Assembly: GCA_027593235.1 (NCBI GenBank)
Contig: JAQCIU010000001.1
Location: forward strand, 103,132 to 167,131
Direction of reading: 5' to 3'
Length of the DNA: 64,000 nucleotides
Origin: Chloroflexota bacterium
GTDB lineage: Bacteria; Chloroflexota; Dehalococcoidia; UBA2979
Within the stretch, counting starts at the first letter, position 1. Every line of letters begins with the position of its first letter. Positions 29,990 through 39,140 of this stretch are shown in pieces. The position numbers were made by a program, and so were the translations under genes. Under the pieces are notes generated by a model. The model did not search any database. It was given only the letters and a program-made list of their open reading frames with translations, and was not told where the DNA came from.

Positions 29990-30395
29990 GTCCTTCCTGG
30001 CGGGGGGACTCGGCAACCAGCACGGATGCGAGTCGGAGGGGAAACACCTCCCGACGGTCACCGGCGTGCACCAATCTCGGTCGGCGTGCGACCTCGATAC
30101 CGTCTGGGACGACCAGTTCGACGAGCAATACACAAGAAGGCCCCGACGTGGCAGCAACCACGTCGAGGCCGGTGCGAGGGGTGCGTCAGCCCGCCCCCAG
30201 TGCAATCACAGATTGTACGCGGGTTCGCGACCTCTTACGGGTCCGAGCCCGCGTGTTCGTTAACGCGCGCCTCGCAAACCTCGCACCTCGGACGGAGGTG
30301 TACGCGAGGGAGATTCGAGTCCCCGGGGACGACAACGACCGCCCCGGCTGCGAATGCGATCAGACGACGAACACCATTCTTGGAAGGATGGACCT

Positions 30396-30863
30396 GTGCT
30401 CCGGAAACTCTTTGCAACAACCATGGGTGTCGCGCTCACCGGAGCGGCGATCGTCGGTGGCGTCTACGCGTGGGATGCGAGTGCCGGTTCCGGCACACAG
30501 GTGGCCACGGTCGGTACCGCCTCGATCTCAGTGCAGTACACCCCGAGCGCGAACCTGCTCGGTCCGAACGGAACCTCCGTGCTCGTTGGCGATGGCTCCA
30601 TCACCAACGGAGGAAGTTTCCCTGTATCGATCAGCAGCGGATCCGTCGCCATCGATGCGTTGACGAGTAACGCACCGAATGGTCCGGGCACTTGCGTCCT
30701 CGGAGATTTCGCCGGATCAGTCACCGTGACTGATGCTTCAGCAGTGGCACCGACCGCCAGCGGCGGCGGGTTCGACGTCAATGTCCTTACCGGTGCCGGA
30801 GCCGCTGCAGATTGCCAGGGGGACACGGTCGATTACACCGTGACCATCAACGCAACGACGTAG
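30396..30863 (+). CDS. SipW-dependent-type signal peptide protein (TasA/camelysin-like)
   Basis: GTG start; LRKLFATTMGVALTGAAIVGGVYAWDASAGSGTQVATVGTASISVQYTP. Confidence 0.7.
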   Translation: MLRKLFATTMGVALTGAAIVGGVYAWDASAGSGTQVATVGTASISVQYTPSANLLGPNGTSVLVGDGSITNGGSFPVSISSGSVAIDALTSNAPNGPGTCVLGDFAGSVTVTDASAVAPTASGGGFDVNVLTGAGAAADCQGDTVDYTVTINATT

Positions 30864-30876
30864 GAGAGGCTTGGAA

Positions 30877-31291
30877 GTGAGTCGGTCGGCGACGCTTCGC
30901 GCGGTCTTCGCTTCCATGTTTCTTCTGGCGTCCGTCGGGGCGTCCTTGGTCGGTGCGGCGTTCGCATGGAGCGCGAACGGCGGTGCGATTGACACCGCGA
31001 GTGTGGGGGCGAACGGCATGATTGTCCTCATCTTCCCCAGCGGTTCGATCGGACCAAACGGGCAAACGGCGACCGTCGCTACCGGACGAATTAAGAACTC
31101 GGGGGATTTCACGCTGGCAATTACCGGCGGCTCCGTAAGCATCGATGGCCTGACTCCGGCAGCTCCGGGCGGCCTCGCCTGTGCTGCCGGAGATTTTTCG
31201 GGGAACGTCATTGCGTTGCCGCCGTCTCACGTTGGACCCGGTTCGGTCAGCATCCCCGATTTCAATGTGGTGATCGCCACGGCGCTCGACC
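30877..31291 (+). pseudogene. Second SipW-dependent/TasA-like protein, 3'-truncated
   Basis: TLRAVFASMFLLASVGASLVGAAFAWSANGGAIDTASVG...SVSIPDFNVVIATALD then abrupt change of coding frame. Confidence 0.6.
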
Positions 31292-31459
31292 GGCGATCAG
31301 ATCGCCGGGAGACTCTGGCTGCATCTCCCGAATGCCGGCGGTTGGCTCCAGAAGCTACGGGAGCCATTCAACTTCGGGCTGTTGGCGATGGGGATGGCGC
31401 TCGCGGCCGGAGTCGGCGGGACGGAACTGCGGCGGCGACGCCGGAGACGGAGCAGAACA
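31289..31459 (+). pseudogene. C-terminal fragment resembling SipW-type signal peptidase I, lacking the catalytic N-terminal domain
   Basis: Frame of 31382..32695 read upstream: TGDQIAGRLWLHLPNAGGWLQKLREPFNFGLLAMGMALAAGVGGTELRRRRRRRSRT. Confidence 0.5.
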
Positions 31460-32695
31460 ATGCGTGATTCTCAGGAACGATCGGGCGCCCCTGCCGTCGA
31501 TCGCCGCGCGGACGGCGACCAGCGCGGTGGCTGGCGGCGCGATTGGCGGCGCGATTGGCGACGGGAATGGCGCGGCACGGTGCCGATGGCGCTGATGGGC
31601 GTCGTGAGCCTCGGTGCGGTGCTGATCGTCGTGTTCGCGATGCTCGCGTTCACCTCGTTCCGGCGGAGCACGGAGAGCAGCGAGTACGTCGAGCGCCTCC
31701 AGTACCAGCAGGAAGCCTCGATGCACTACGAGGTCACGATGGCGCGTTCGTCGCTGTACCCGGGCGGAGTGTTCCTCCCGCGCGGCCCCGCGCTCGACAC
31801 GGCGGCCTTCCAGGGCGTCGGCTCGACCGCGACCGTCGACAGCTTCTCGACCCGCCTCGCCAGCGACCTCGAGATCGGCATTCACTACGAGCTGGTCAGC
31901 GCGGCGTTCGCCGATCCGGCGGTCGATCCGCAGGCGCTCGCGGGGACGGTCAGCGCCACCCTCGAGATACAGTCCGGGCGCGACGGGTGGATCCAGGTCC
32001 GCCCCTTGATCGGCACGCAGGAGTTCAGCGGTCCGACCGTGGACGCGATCGGGACCGTCAATCTTCGTGGCATCGCCGCGCTCGTCGAGCGGATCGAAGA
32101 GGAAACCGGGATCGTCCCGCCTCAGTATCTGCTCCGCGTGGTCCCGACGATTGAGCTGAGCGGCCCGATCGGTGTCGAGTCGATCCGAGAGGTCTTCAGC
32201 CCCGTCTTCACATTCGCCTATAACTCGACTCAGGTCGCGACCGATGCGCGTCTGGTGCGCGGTGAATCGCGCATCATCGGACAGGACGTCACCTCCCAGG
32301 AGCGGATCAGCTACGCCGGATTCCAGGGCAGCGTGTCGGAGGCCCGTCAGATCGCGACGGCTGGTCTGGCGCTCTCAATCGCCGCCGTGGCCATCGCCGG
32401 AGCGATGCTCCAGTTGGGAATCGGCAGCGACGAGGACTCCCACATCCGCCAGCGATACCGCTCGCGGCTGGTGGCCGTCGCCACCAGCGGCAGCGCGCAC
32501 CCACGTGACACGATCCAGCTCGCCTCGATCCAGGATCTGGCGCGGGTCGCCGACCGCTCCGGCGGGTTGATCCTCTCCGAGCGGGGTCATCGCGGGACCC
32601 GCTACTTCGTGCCCGACGGTGACGAGATCTACGAGTACGAAACCGTCCGCGGCGAACGGCCGAGCAGCCGGGCGGCAGTGCCGGAGGTGCAGTGA
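31460..32695 (+). CDS. DUF5305-like membrane protein
   Basis: TM near N-term, extracellular beta domain (ALAGTVSATLEIQSGRDGWIQVRPLIGTQEFSG), second TM; adjacent to TasA-like genes. Confidence 0.7.
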   Translation: MRDSQERSGAPAVDRRADGDQRGGWRRDWRRDWRREWRGTVPMALMGVVSLGAVLIVVFAMLAFTSFRRSTESSEYVERLQYQQEASMHYEVTMARSSLYPGGVFLPRGPALDTAAFQGVGSTATVDSFSTRLASDLEIGIHYELVSAAFADPAVDPQALAGTVSATLEIQSGRDGWIQVRPLIGTQEFSGPTVDAIGTVNLRGIAALVERIEEETGIVPPQYLLRVVPTIELSGPIGVESIREVFSPVFTFAYNSTQVATDARLVRGESRIIGQDVTSQERISYAGFQGSVSEARQIATAGLALSIAAVAIAGAMLQLGIGSDEDSHIRQRYRSRLVAVATSGSAHPRDTIQLASIQDLARVADRSGGLILSERGHRGTRYFVPDGDEIYEYETVRGERPSSRAAVPEVQ

Positions 32696-33087
32696 TGCGT
32701 CTGTTCTTCGGCGCCGTAGCGCTGGCAGTGGTTGCCGCGGGTGTGGTTGCCGGGGCTGCCGGGCTTCAGATCGCCGGTGGCCCCGGACAGGTGATCAGCG
32801 CCGGCGTGATCGGACACTCGGCGCCGGATCCCCTCGTGCTCGCGGTCGGCGATGACGCCGCCGTGGAGTTGGAGTGGGCTGCGGTGGCGGGCGCGACCTC
32901 GTATCGCCTGCTCCGCTCCGACGGCGGCCCGTTCACCCTCATCGCCACGCTCAGCGTCGGCGATTTCGACGACACGACGGTCGTGCCTGGCGGCAGCTAC
33001 TCGTACCGCGTCTACGCCGTGGGCGCCGATGGCGCGGTGAGCGACGCGCCAGCGGCAGGCAGCATCGCCGTCCCGCTCGAACCCTGA
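32692..33087 (+). CDS. Small secreted fibronectin type III-like protein
   Basis: Signal peptide then VELEWAAVAGATSYRLLRSDGGPFTLIATLSVGDFDDTTVVPGGSYSYRVYAVGADG. Confidence 0.75.
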   Translation: MMRLFFGAVALAVVAAGVVAGAAGLQIAGGPGQVISAGVIGHSAPDPLVLAVGDDAAVELEWAAVAGATSYRLLRSDGGPFTLIATLSVGDFDDTTVVPGGSYSYRVYAVGADGAVSDAPAAGSIAVPLEP

Positions 33088-33166
33088 GTGGCGGCGGCTG
33101 TACCCCGATCACTCCACGGCGGATGAGTCCCAACCGGTCGCGTGCCCTCGGGAAGGGCGTGCGGCG

Positions 33167-34429
33167 CTAGCGGATCGCGCCGGCGGCGCGCAGTTGCGCG
33201 ATCGCCTCGGCGGAGTAGCCGGCGGCTTCCAGTACGGCGTCCGTGTCTCGGCCCAGGGTCGGTGCGGCGCCCTGCGCGGCCGGTGGCGTGACGCTCATCT
33301 TCCACGGCGGCGCAGCCATCTGCTGCGGGCCGGACAGTTCGTGATCCAGGTCGACCATGTACTGGTTCGCCGTCACCTGCGGGTGCGTCGCCAGCTCCTC
33401 CACGAAGTGGACTTTGCTGACCGGGACGCCGTTCTCCTCGAAGACCCGCTCCCAGTGCTCCGAGGTGTTTCCGCGGATCATGTCCTCGACCTGCTCGGTG
33501 ATCGCCGCGTCGGTCATGATCTGCTCGGGGTTGTAGAGGTCGTAGTCGGGCTCGTCGCGGTTGTGCTCGATCTTCAGCGCGGTGCGCACCTTCGCGCGCA
33601 ACGAAGCGGAGAGCGCGCCGATCGCGATCGCGCCGTCCTTCGTCGCGAACGCGCGGTAGTAGATCTGCGGCGTGCGTTCGTGCTGACGCACGAACTCCGC
33701 GTAGTCGACGCCGTCGGCTTCGCGTGTTTCGAGGTCGGCAAGCAGCCGCCCGCGCGTCGCCGCGTCCGCCGCCGGGAGCGACATCGAGGTGCCCTGGATC
33801 GTCAGCGCGTTGATCAGCAGCGACGTCTCCAGCATCTGCCCCTCGCCCGTCTGCGCGCGATGGAACAGCGCCGCGCAGATGCCGAGGGCAAGCGAGTAGC
33901 CGGTGGTGTAGTCGGCGTACGCGCCGCCAACCTTGGGGCTGCCCCGCTCGTCCAGCTTGCCGAGCCCCGCCATCAGGCCAGAAGCCGCCTGCACGACGAT
34001 GTCGTAGCCGGGCCGGTTCGCCCACGGACCTTCGCGGCCGAACGCGGTGTTGTCCGCGTAGATGATGTCTGGCTTGATCGCGCGCACCGCTTCGTAGTCC
34101 AAACCCAGCTTGGCGGGCACGTCCGGGCGGTAGTTGATCACCATGACATCGATCTCTTCGAGCAGCTTGTAGACCACCTGGCGCGCGTCCGGGTGGCCGA
34201 GGTCGATCGCGAGCGAGCGCTTGCCGCGGTTGAGGCCCTGGTAGGTCTTCGACTCCATCGGCAGAAACTGCTGCGTCAGCCGCCACGGCTCCCCGTGCGG
34301 CGGTTCGATCTTGATCACGTCCGCACCCAGGTCCGCGAGGAGCTGGCAGGAGAGGGGGCCGGCGATAATCTGGGTGAAATCGAGGACGCGCACGCCGTTC
34401 AGCGGGCCAGATGCCACGTTGACCTCCAT
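33167..34429 (-). CDS. CaiB/BaiF family CoA transferase
   Basis: [35 protein letters not shown]. Confidence 0.97.
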   Translation of the reverse strand: MEVNVASGPLNGVRVLDFTQIIAGPLSCQLLADLGADVIKIEPPHGEPWRLTQQFLPMESKTYQGLNRGKRSLAIDLGHPDARQVVYKLLEEIDVMVINYRPDVPAKLGLDYEAVRAIKPDIIYADNTAFGREGPWANRPGYDIVVQAASGLMAGLGKLDERGSPKVGGAYADYTTGYSLALGICAALFHRAQTGEGQMLETSLLINALTIQGTSMSLPAADAATRGRLLADLETREADGVDYAEFVRQHERTPQIYYRAFATKDGAIAIGALSASLRAKVRTALKIEHNRDEPDYDLYNPEQIMTDAAITEQVEDMIRGNTSEHWERVFEENGVPVSKVHFVEELATHPQVTANQYMVDLDHELSGPQQMAAPPWKMSVTPPAAQGAAPTLGRDTDAVLEAAGYSAEAIAQLRAAGAIR

Positions 34430-34697
34430 GGTCGATGCTGGGTTCGCCTTGATCGGCGATGCGGTCACGCGGGCTGGGCGGCGCGTGAGCCTGCGGCTCG
34501 GACTGGCCGAATCGTACGGGACGGATGTCAGGTCAAGAGCCGGTTGCCCCCGCTGCCTGAGCACGCGTGGCGGTTTCCGGCCACGGGACCGCCGCGGATG
34601 CGGGTTTGCCGGTTGCCGGAGCCGGGATCGACGGCCATACTCAATATTCGCGTCGGCGGCAGGTTCGTCGCGTTTCCCGAACAGCAGAGAGTCACAG

Positions 34698-35003
34698 ATG
34701 GCCAAGAAGTCCAAGCTCGCGAAGAACGCCCGTCGGGCAGTGCTCGTGGAGCGCTACGCCGAGAAGCGCGCCGAGCTGGTGAAGGTCACGCACGATCCGG
34801 TCGCGTCGCCGGACGACAAGCTCGCCGCGTACGCCAAGCTGGGCAAGATGCCCCGCGACGCCAGCGCCACCCGCTACGTCAACCGCTGCGGCGTCACGGG
34901 CCGTCCTCGTGCATTCATGCGCCGCTTCGGTGTCTCGCGGATCGTCTTCCGCGAACTCGCGAACCAGGGACTGCTCCCGGGCGTGAAGAAGTCGAGCTGG
35001 TAA
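34698..35003 (+). CDS. rpsN: 30S ribosomal protein S14, long (zinc-independent-type) form
   Basis: [24 protein letters not shown]...[43 protein letters not shown]. Confidence 0.97.
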   Translation: MAKKSKLAKNARRAVLVERYAEKRAELVKVTHDPVASPDDKLAAYAKLGKMPRDASATRYVNRCGVTGRPRAFMRRFGVSRIVFRELANQGLLPGVKKSSW

Positions 35004-35141
35004 CCAGCTCGGCCCCCAACCGGGCCGACGACGAGCGCTGAACAGCCCGCCGTCGGCGGGCTTTTTGTTGGCCAAGGCAATCGCCGTTTCGGATCGATCG
35101 AGGCCGCTCGCACGGATCGATCCAGCTCGAGGTAGGACCCA

Positions 35142-36380
35142 GTGCTGACCCGGCCGTTCCTCACGCTCGCCTTCGCGATGTTCGCGGCCACCATGGGCAT
35201 CGGCATGGTGACGCCGATCCTGCCGGTCTACGCGGAGTCACAGGGCGCCTCCGGAGCGGAGATCGGGCTGGCGTTCTCCAGCTTCGCGATCACCCAGCTC
35301 ATGATCAGCCCCTTCAGCGGGCGATTGGCCGATCGCTACGGTCGGAAGATCTTCATCGTCGCGGGGCTCGCCTCATACGTGGTCACGGCGCTGGGTTGGT
35401 ACTACACGGACACCGTGTACTGGACGATCGCCTTCCGCGCGTTCTCCGGCATCGGATCCGCGGTGATCTTCTCGCTGTCGCAGGCCTACATCGGCGACCT
35501 CGCGCCTTCCGGCCGCGAAGGCCGCTACATGGGCACCTTCGGCGTGTTCATGTCGGTCGGCTTCGGGATCGGTCCGCTGCTGGCCGGCGTGATCCGGGAC
35601 CAGTGGGACATCCAGACGGTCTTCGTCAGCATGGCGCTGATGTTCGCGGCGGCGACGGTGTTCGTCGCCTTCGCGTTGCCCCGCTCGCACCGCGCGCGCC
35701 GCGGCGACGCGAACTCGCCGCCGCAGGTCCCCTGGGGGACGATCCTCCGCCATCCCTACGTACAGGCGCTCTACCTCGTCGGCACCTCGCTCTCGTTCGC
35801 CATGGGCGCGAGCTTCACCTTCGTCGCCATCTTCCTCGAGAACGAACTCGCCGCCACCGCGACGATGGTCGGCGCGGTGCTCGCGGTGCAGCAGGTCACC
35901 GGCGGCGCAATGCAACCCCTCTCCGGGCTGCTCGCCGACCGCTTCAACCGCCGCTATCTGATTGTGGTCGGCGCCGTCCTCGTCGCCGCCGGCTACCTGC
36001 TCGCCGCGGTGGTCGGCGCGTACTGGATGATCATCCTCGGCTTCATGCTCGGCGTGGGCGTCGGCAGCTCGATCTCTCAGGTGGCCACCCAGGCGCTGCA
36101 GGTGGACATCGGCCGAGGGCTCGGCATGGCGACGGTGATGAGCCTGCAATCGACCTCGTTCGGCTCGGGCATCCTGCTGGGGTCGATGCTGACGGGCGTC
36201 GTGAACGACCAGATCGGGACACGTGCGGTGTTTGTCACCGCCTCGATCGTCATCCTCGCCGGGGCCTCGGCGTTCCTGCTGCGCACTGCCGGGCGGCCGA
36301 TCGAGCGTTTCGCGGTCGCCACCGCCGAGGGCAATGACGCTCACGAGGGTGGCGAGCACGCGGAGGCCGCCAGCGGGTAG
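35142..36380 (+). CDS. MFS transporter, multidrug-efflux type
   Basis: MGIGMVTPILPVYAESQGASGAEIGLAFSSFAITQLMISPFSGRLADRYGRK. Confidence 0.92.
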   Translation: MLTRPFLTLAFAMFAATMGIGMVTPILPVYAESQGASGAEIGLAFSSFAITQLMISPFSGRLADRYGRKIFIVAGLASYVVTALGWYYTDTVYWTIAFRAFSGIGSAVIFSLSQAYIGDLAPSGREGRYMGTFGVFMSVGFGIGPLLAGVIRDQWDIQTVFVSMALMFAAATVFVAFALPRSHRARRGDANSPPQVPWGTILRHPYVQALYLVGTSLSFAMGASFTFVAIFLENELAATATMVGAVLAVQQVTGGAMQPLSGLLADRFNRRYLIVVGAVLVAAGYLLAAVVGAYWMIILGFMLGVGVGSSISQVATQALQVDIGRGLGMATVMSLQSTSFGSGILLGSMLTGVVNDQIGTRAVFVTASIVILAGASAFLLRTAGRPIERFAVATAEGNDAHEGGEHAEAASG

Positions 36381-36474
36381 GCCCCGCCCCTTACCTTGTT
36401 CGCGATCGCCGGCTGGACCGTGGCTGGGGGTCAGATCCGGCAGCGCCGGCATGGCTCATTGCCCCCTGTTCGTT

Positions 36475-37865
36475 CGAGGACCTGGGGGGTGTTGCCACCG
36501 GCGATGCTGGGTGCCATGGACCGCTGATGGGGACCGGCGCCGCGAGCGCTCGTTCGTAAGGTGGATGTCGGCTGAGGCACCCGACCGGATGTCGGACGCG
36601 CACGGTCTCGAGCGGAGGCGGCATGAGGCCGGAAGCGCAGATTGAGGTGTTCATCGGGCTCGATGTCGGGAAGACGGCGCACCACGCCACGCTGATCGAC
36701 CGAAACGGAGAAGTACTCTCCACACGAGCGGCCCGTAATGACCAGGCGGCGCTTGAGGCCCTGCTGCGCTTCGCAGCCGAGCACGGCCCGGCGGCCCTGG
36801 TGCTCGACCAGCCGGGATCGATCGCGGCATTGACCCTCGCCGTCTGCCGGCAGCACGGCGTCCCCGTGGCGTACGTGCCGGGGCTGGTGATGCGGCGGGC
36901 GGCCGACCTCTATCCGGGCGAGGCCAAGACCGATGTCCGCGACAGCTTCGTGCTGGCCGACTTCGCCCGCACCCACCCGGGCAATCTGCGCTGGCTCGAG
37001 GTCACAGACGAGAGACTCGAGGAGCTGCGCCTGCTCTCCGGATACGACGATGACCTCGCCGATGACCGGGTGCGGGTCGTGAACAGGCTGCGTGACCTGC
37101 TCACGAGCCTGCATCCGCCGCTGGAGGCGCTCCTCGGGCCGCGCCTCGACCATCCAGCGGTGCGCGCGCTGCTCAAGCGCTACCCGACACCCTCCGCCCT
37201 GCGCGAGGCCGGCCGCGGGCGCGTCCTGCGCCTGCTCCGACAGCGCGCGCCTCGAATCGCCGAACGCCTGGCCGACGACGTCGTCGTCGTGCTGAACGCT
37301 CAGACGATCACTGTGCCGGCGGAGCCACGGCTCGGGACGATCGTCGCGGAACTGGCGAGTGAACTGGACCGGCTCGACGAACGGAGGGACCGGCTGGCGA
37401 GCGAGATTGAGGCGGTCTTTCGTAGCCATCCGCTGGGACCGATCCTGATCTCGCTGCCCGGCGTGGGGCCAAGGCTGGGCGCCAAGATCCTCGTCGAAGT
37501 CGGTGACGGAACCCGCTTCGCCAGCGGCGCTCAGCTCGCCAGCTACGCCGGCCTGGCGCCAGTCACGCGTCAGTCGGGCACGAGCATCCGTGGCGAGAAG
37601 CGCAGCCGGCGCGGCAACCATCGGCTCAAGAACGCGCTCTTCCTCGCGGCCTTCTGCTCGTTGCGCCATCCCGCTTCGAAGGCCTTCTACGACCGCAAGC
37701 GCCTCCAGGGCAAGAAGCACAACGCCGCCGTGATCTGTCTTGCCCGTCGCCGCTGCGATGTCATCCTCGCCATGCTCAGCACCGCGACCGCGTATGACCC
37801 GCACCACGCCGATCGCACCGCCGTCGCCGCTTGACAACGTCATGGGGACACCCCCCAAGACTGGC
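36475..37865 (+). mobile_element. IS110-family insertion sequence (boundaries approximate)
   Basis: Transposase 36623-37834 plus 10-bp perfect inverted repeat TGGGGGGTGT (36483-36492) / ACACCCCCCA (37848-37857). Confidence 0.7.
36623..37834 (+). CDS. IS110 family transposase (DEDD plus Transposase_20)
   Basis: VFIGLDVGKTAHHATLIDRNGE...AKTDVRDSFVLADFART...LISLPGVGPRLGAKILVEVGDGTRFASGAQLASYAGLAPVTRQSGTSIRGEKRSRRGNHRLKNALF. Confidence 0.97.
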   Translation: MRPEAQIEVFIGLDVGKTAHHATLIDRNGEVLSTRAARNDQAALEALLRFAAEHGPAALVLDQPGSIAALTLAVCRQHGVPVAYVPGLVMRRAADLYPGEAKTDVRDSFVLADFARTHPGNLRWLEVTDERLEELRLLSGYDDDLADDRVRVVNRLRDLLTSLHPPLEALLGPRLDHPAVRALLKRYPTPSALREAGRGRVLRLLRQRAPRIAERLADDVVVVLNAQTITVPAEPRLGTIVAELASELDRLDERRDRLASEIEAVFRSHPLGPILISLPGVGPRLGAKILVEVGDGTRFASGAQLASYAGLAPVTRQSGTSIRGEKRSRRGNHRLKNALFLAAFCSLRHPASKAFYDRKRLQGKKHNAAVICLARRRCDVILAMLSTATAYDPHHADRTAVAA

Positions 37866-37882
37866 CGCCAGCGAGCCGGCGC

Positions 37883-38863
37883 GTGCCTTCCTCCCCCAAC
37901 ACGCCCGCGATGAGTACGATGCGCGTCGCGTATATCGAGGGAGATGCCATGCACACCGAATACGACGTTGGCGAAATCATCGAGGACGAGGGCGCGCTGT
38001 TCACGCCATTCCGGATGGTGGAGAACTACTGGGCGAAGCAGGCTGGCGCGGTCCAGAACGACGAGGTTGCGAAGAAGGTCGGCTTCCAGGGCGGCGTGGT
38101 CCGCGGCGTGGTGCACATCGCGCAGATGCCGCGCGTGCTGCTGGCCGGGTTCGGCCAGGAGTGGTTCGAGCGGGGCGGGGTCGCCTCGATGTTCATCAAG
38201 CCGACGATGCACGGCGACACCGTGCGGATCGGTCTGCAGGAGCCGGAGCTGGGCGGCAAGGCCGAACGCGTCCAGATCTGGGTGGAGCGCGAATCGGACG
38301 GCATGCACCTGGTGAACGGGACCGCCGAGATTGGCGATCCGGCCGGCGGCTCGCTGACGGCGCAGATGATCCTCAACACGGGCGGCGCCGATGAGGTACG
38401 GATCCTGGCGAATCACGTGATCGGCACGATGACCGATCAGATCCCGGTCCGCATCGACAGCGTCGAGCTGGCGAAAGAGCCGAGCGGCCCGATCGCACCG
38501 GAGGCGTGGTTCCGCACGGCGTCGCCGTGGGGCGGTCCGATCGCGAACCCGGCGAACGTGCCGACGGCGGCCGGTCGATCCTCGGGGCAGCTCAACCTCA
38601 GCAGCGAGGGCATCGTTGGGATGCTGGGCGCGCAGGAGGTGAAGCACGTCAAGGGACCGGTGTTCCTCGATCACGACTACGTGAGTCAGAGCGAGCTGGT
38701 GGCGGTGGGGTCCTCGAAGCGGTCGGAGTACGCCTGGTACGAGGCGCGGCTGCTGGAGCCGGACGGCACGCTGATCGCGAAGACCACGACGCAGATGCGC
38801 TTCCTTAAGAAGTCGTCGCCACTGTGGGCGGACGAGTTCCCGGACGACGAAGGCGGCGAATGA
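37883..38863 (+). CDS. MaoC/hotdog-fold dehydratase-like protein
   Basis: FTPFRMVENYWAKQAGAVQNDEVAKKVGFQGGVVRGVVHIAQMPRVL... Confidence 0.55.
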   Translation: MPSSPNTPAMSTMRVAYIEGDAMHTEYDVGEIIEDEGALFTPFRMVENYWAKQAGAVQNDEVAKKVGFQGGVVRGVVHIAQMPRVLLAGFGQEWFERGGVASMFIKPTMHGDTVRIGLQEPELGGKAERVQIWVERESDGMHLVNGTAEIGDPAGGSLTAQMILNTGGADEVRILANHVIGTMTDQIPVRIDSVELAKEPSGPIAPEAWFRTASPWGGPIANPANVPTAAGRSSGQLNLSSEGIVGMLGAQEVKHVKGPVFLDHDYVSQSELVAVGSSKRSEYAWYEARLLEPDGTLIAKTTTQMRFLKKSSPLWADEFPDDEGGE

Positions 38864-38944
38864 CCGCCAGCGACCTCGAGTGCGGTAGTGACCTCGAGGG
38901 TCGCGGGGCAGCCGTGGCGGCACGCGGGGGTAACCTTCACCACC

Positions 38945-39000
38945 GCCCGGGCGCTCTCTTAACGTAACGACAGCGCCCCGGGCGAGACTGTTGTCTCGCG
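38945..39000 (+). terminator. Two tandem hairpins (terminator/attenuator candidates)
   Basis: GCCCGGGCGCT...AGCGCCCCGGGC (one bulge) followed by GCGAGAC-TGTT-GTCTCGC. Confidence 0.5.
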
Positions 39001-39140
39001 GCTGAGACCGCGATCGGTGGTCGATCGGCCCCAGATGCGGGTGCGATTGCAGATCGCTAGACTGGATCACCCCCCAATACCCGCGTTTGCGCGGGAGAAC
39101 CGGCGCCCCATGCAAGCGTCGGAGCAGGACCGGTTCCCCT

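Noticed and set aside
30310-30330. tRNA T-loop-like sequence gagattcgagtcccc
   Set aside because: No D-arm, anticodon arm or acceptor stem could be assembled around it.
32951-35041. Long overlapping ORFs (424 aa minus, 615 aa plus) around the CoA transferase
   Set aside because: Alternative-frame artefacts; the CaiB/BaiF frame is unambiguous.
36431-39115. 894-aa ORF on the minus strand
   Set aside because: Antisense to the IS110 transposase and MaoC-like gene; no domain-like segments.
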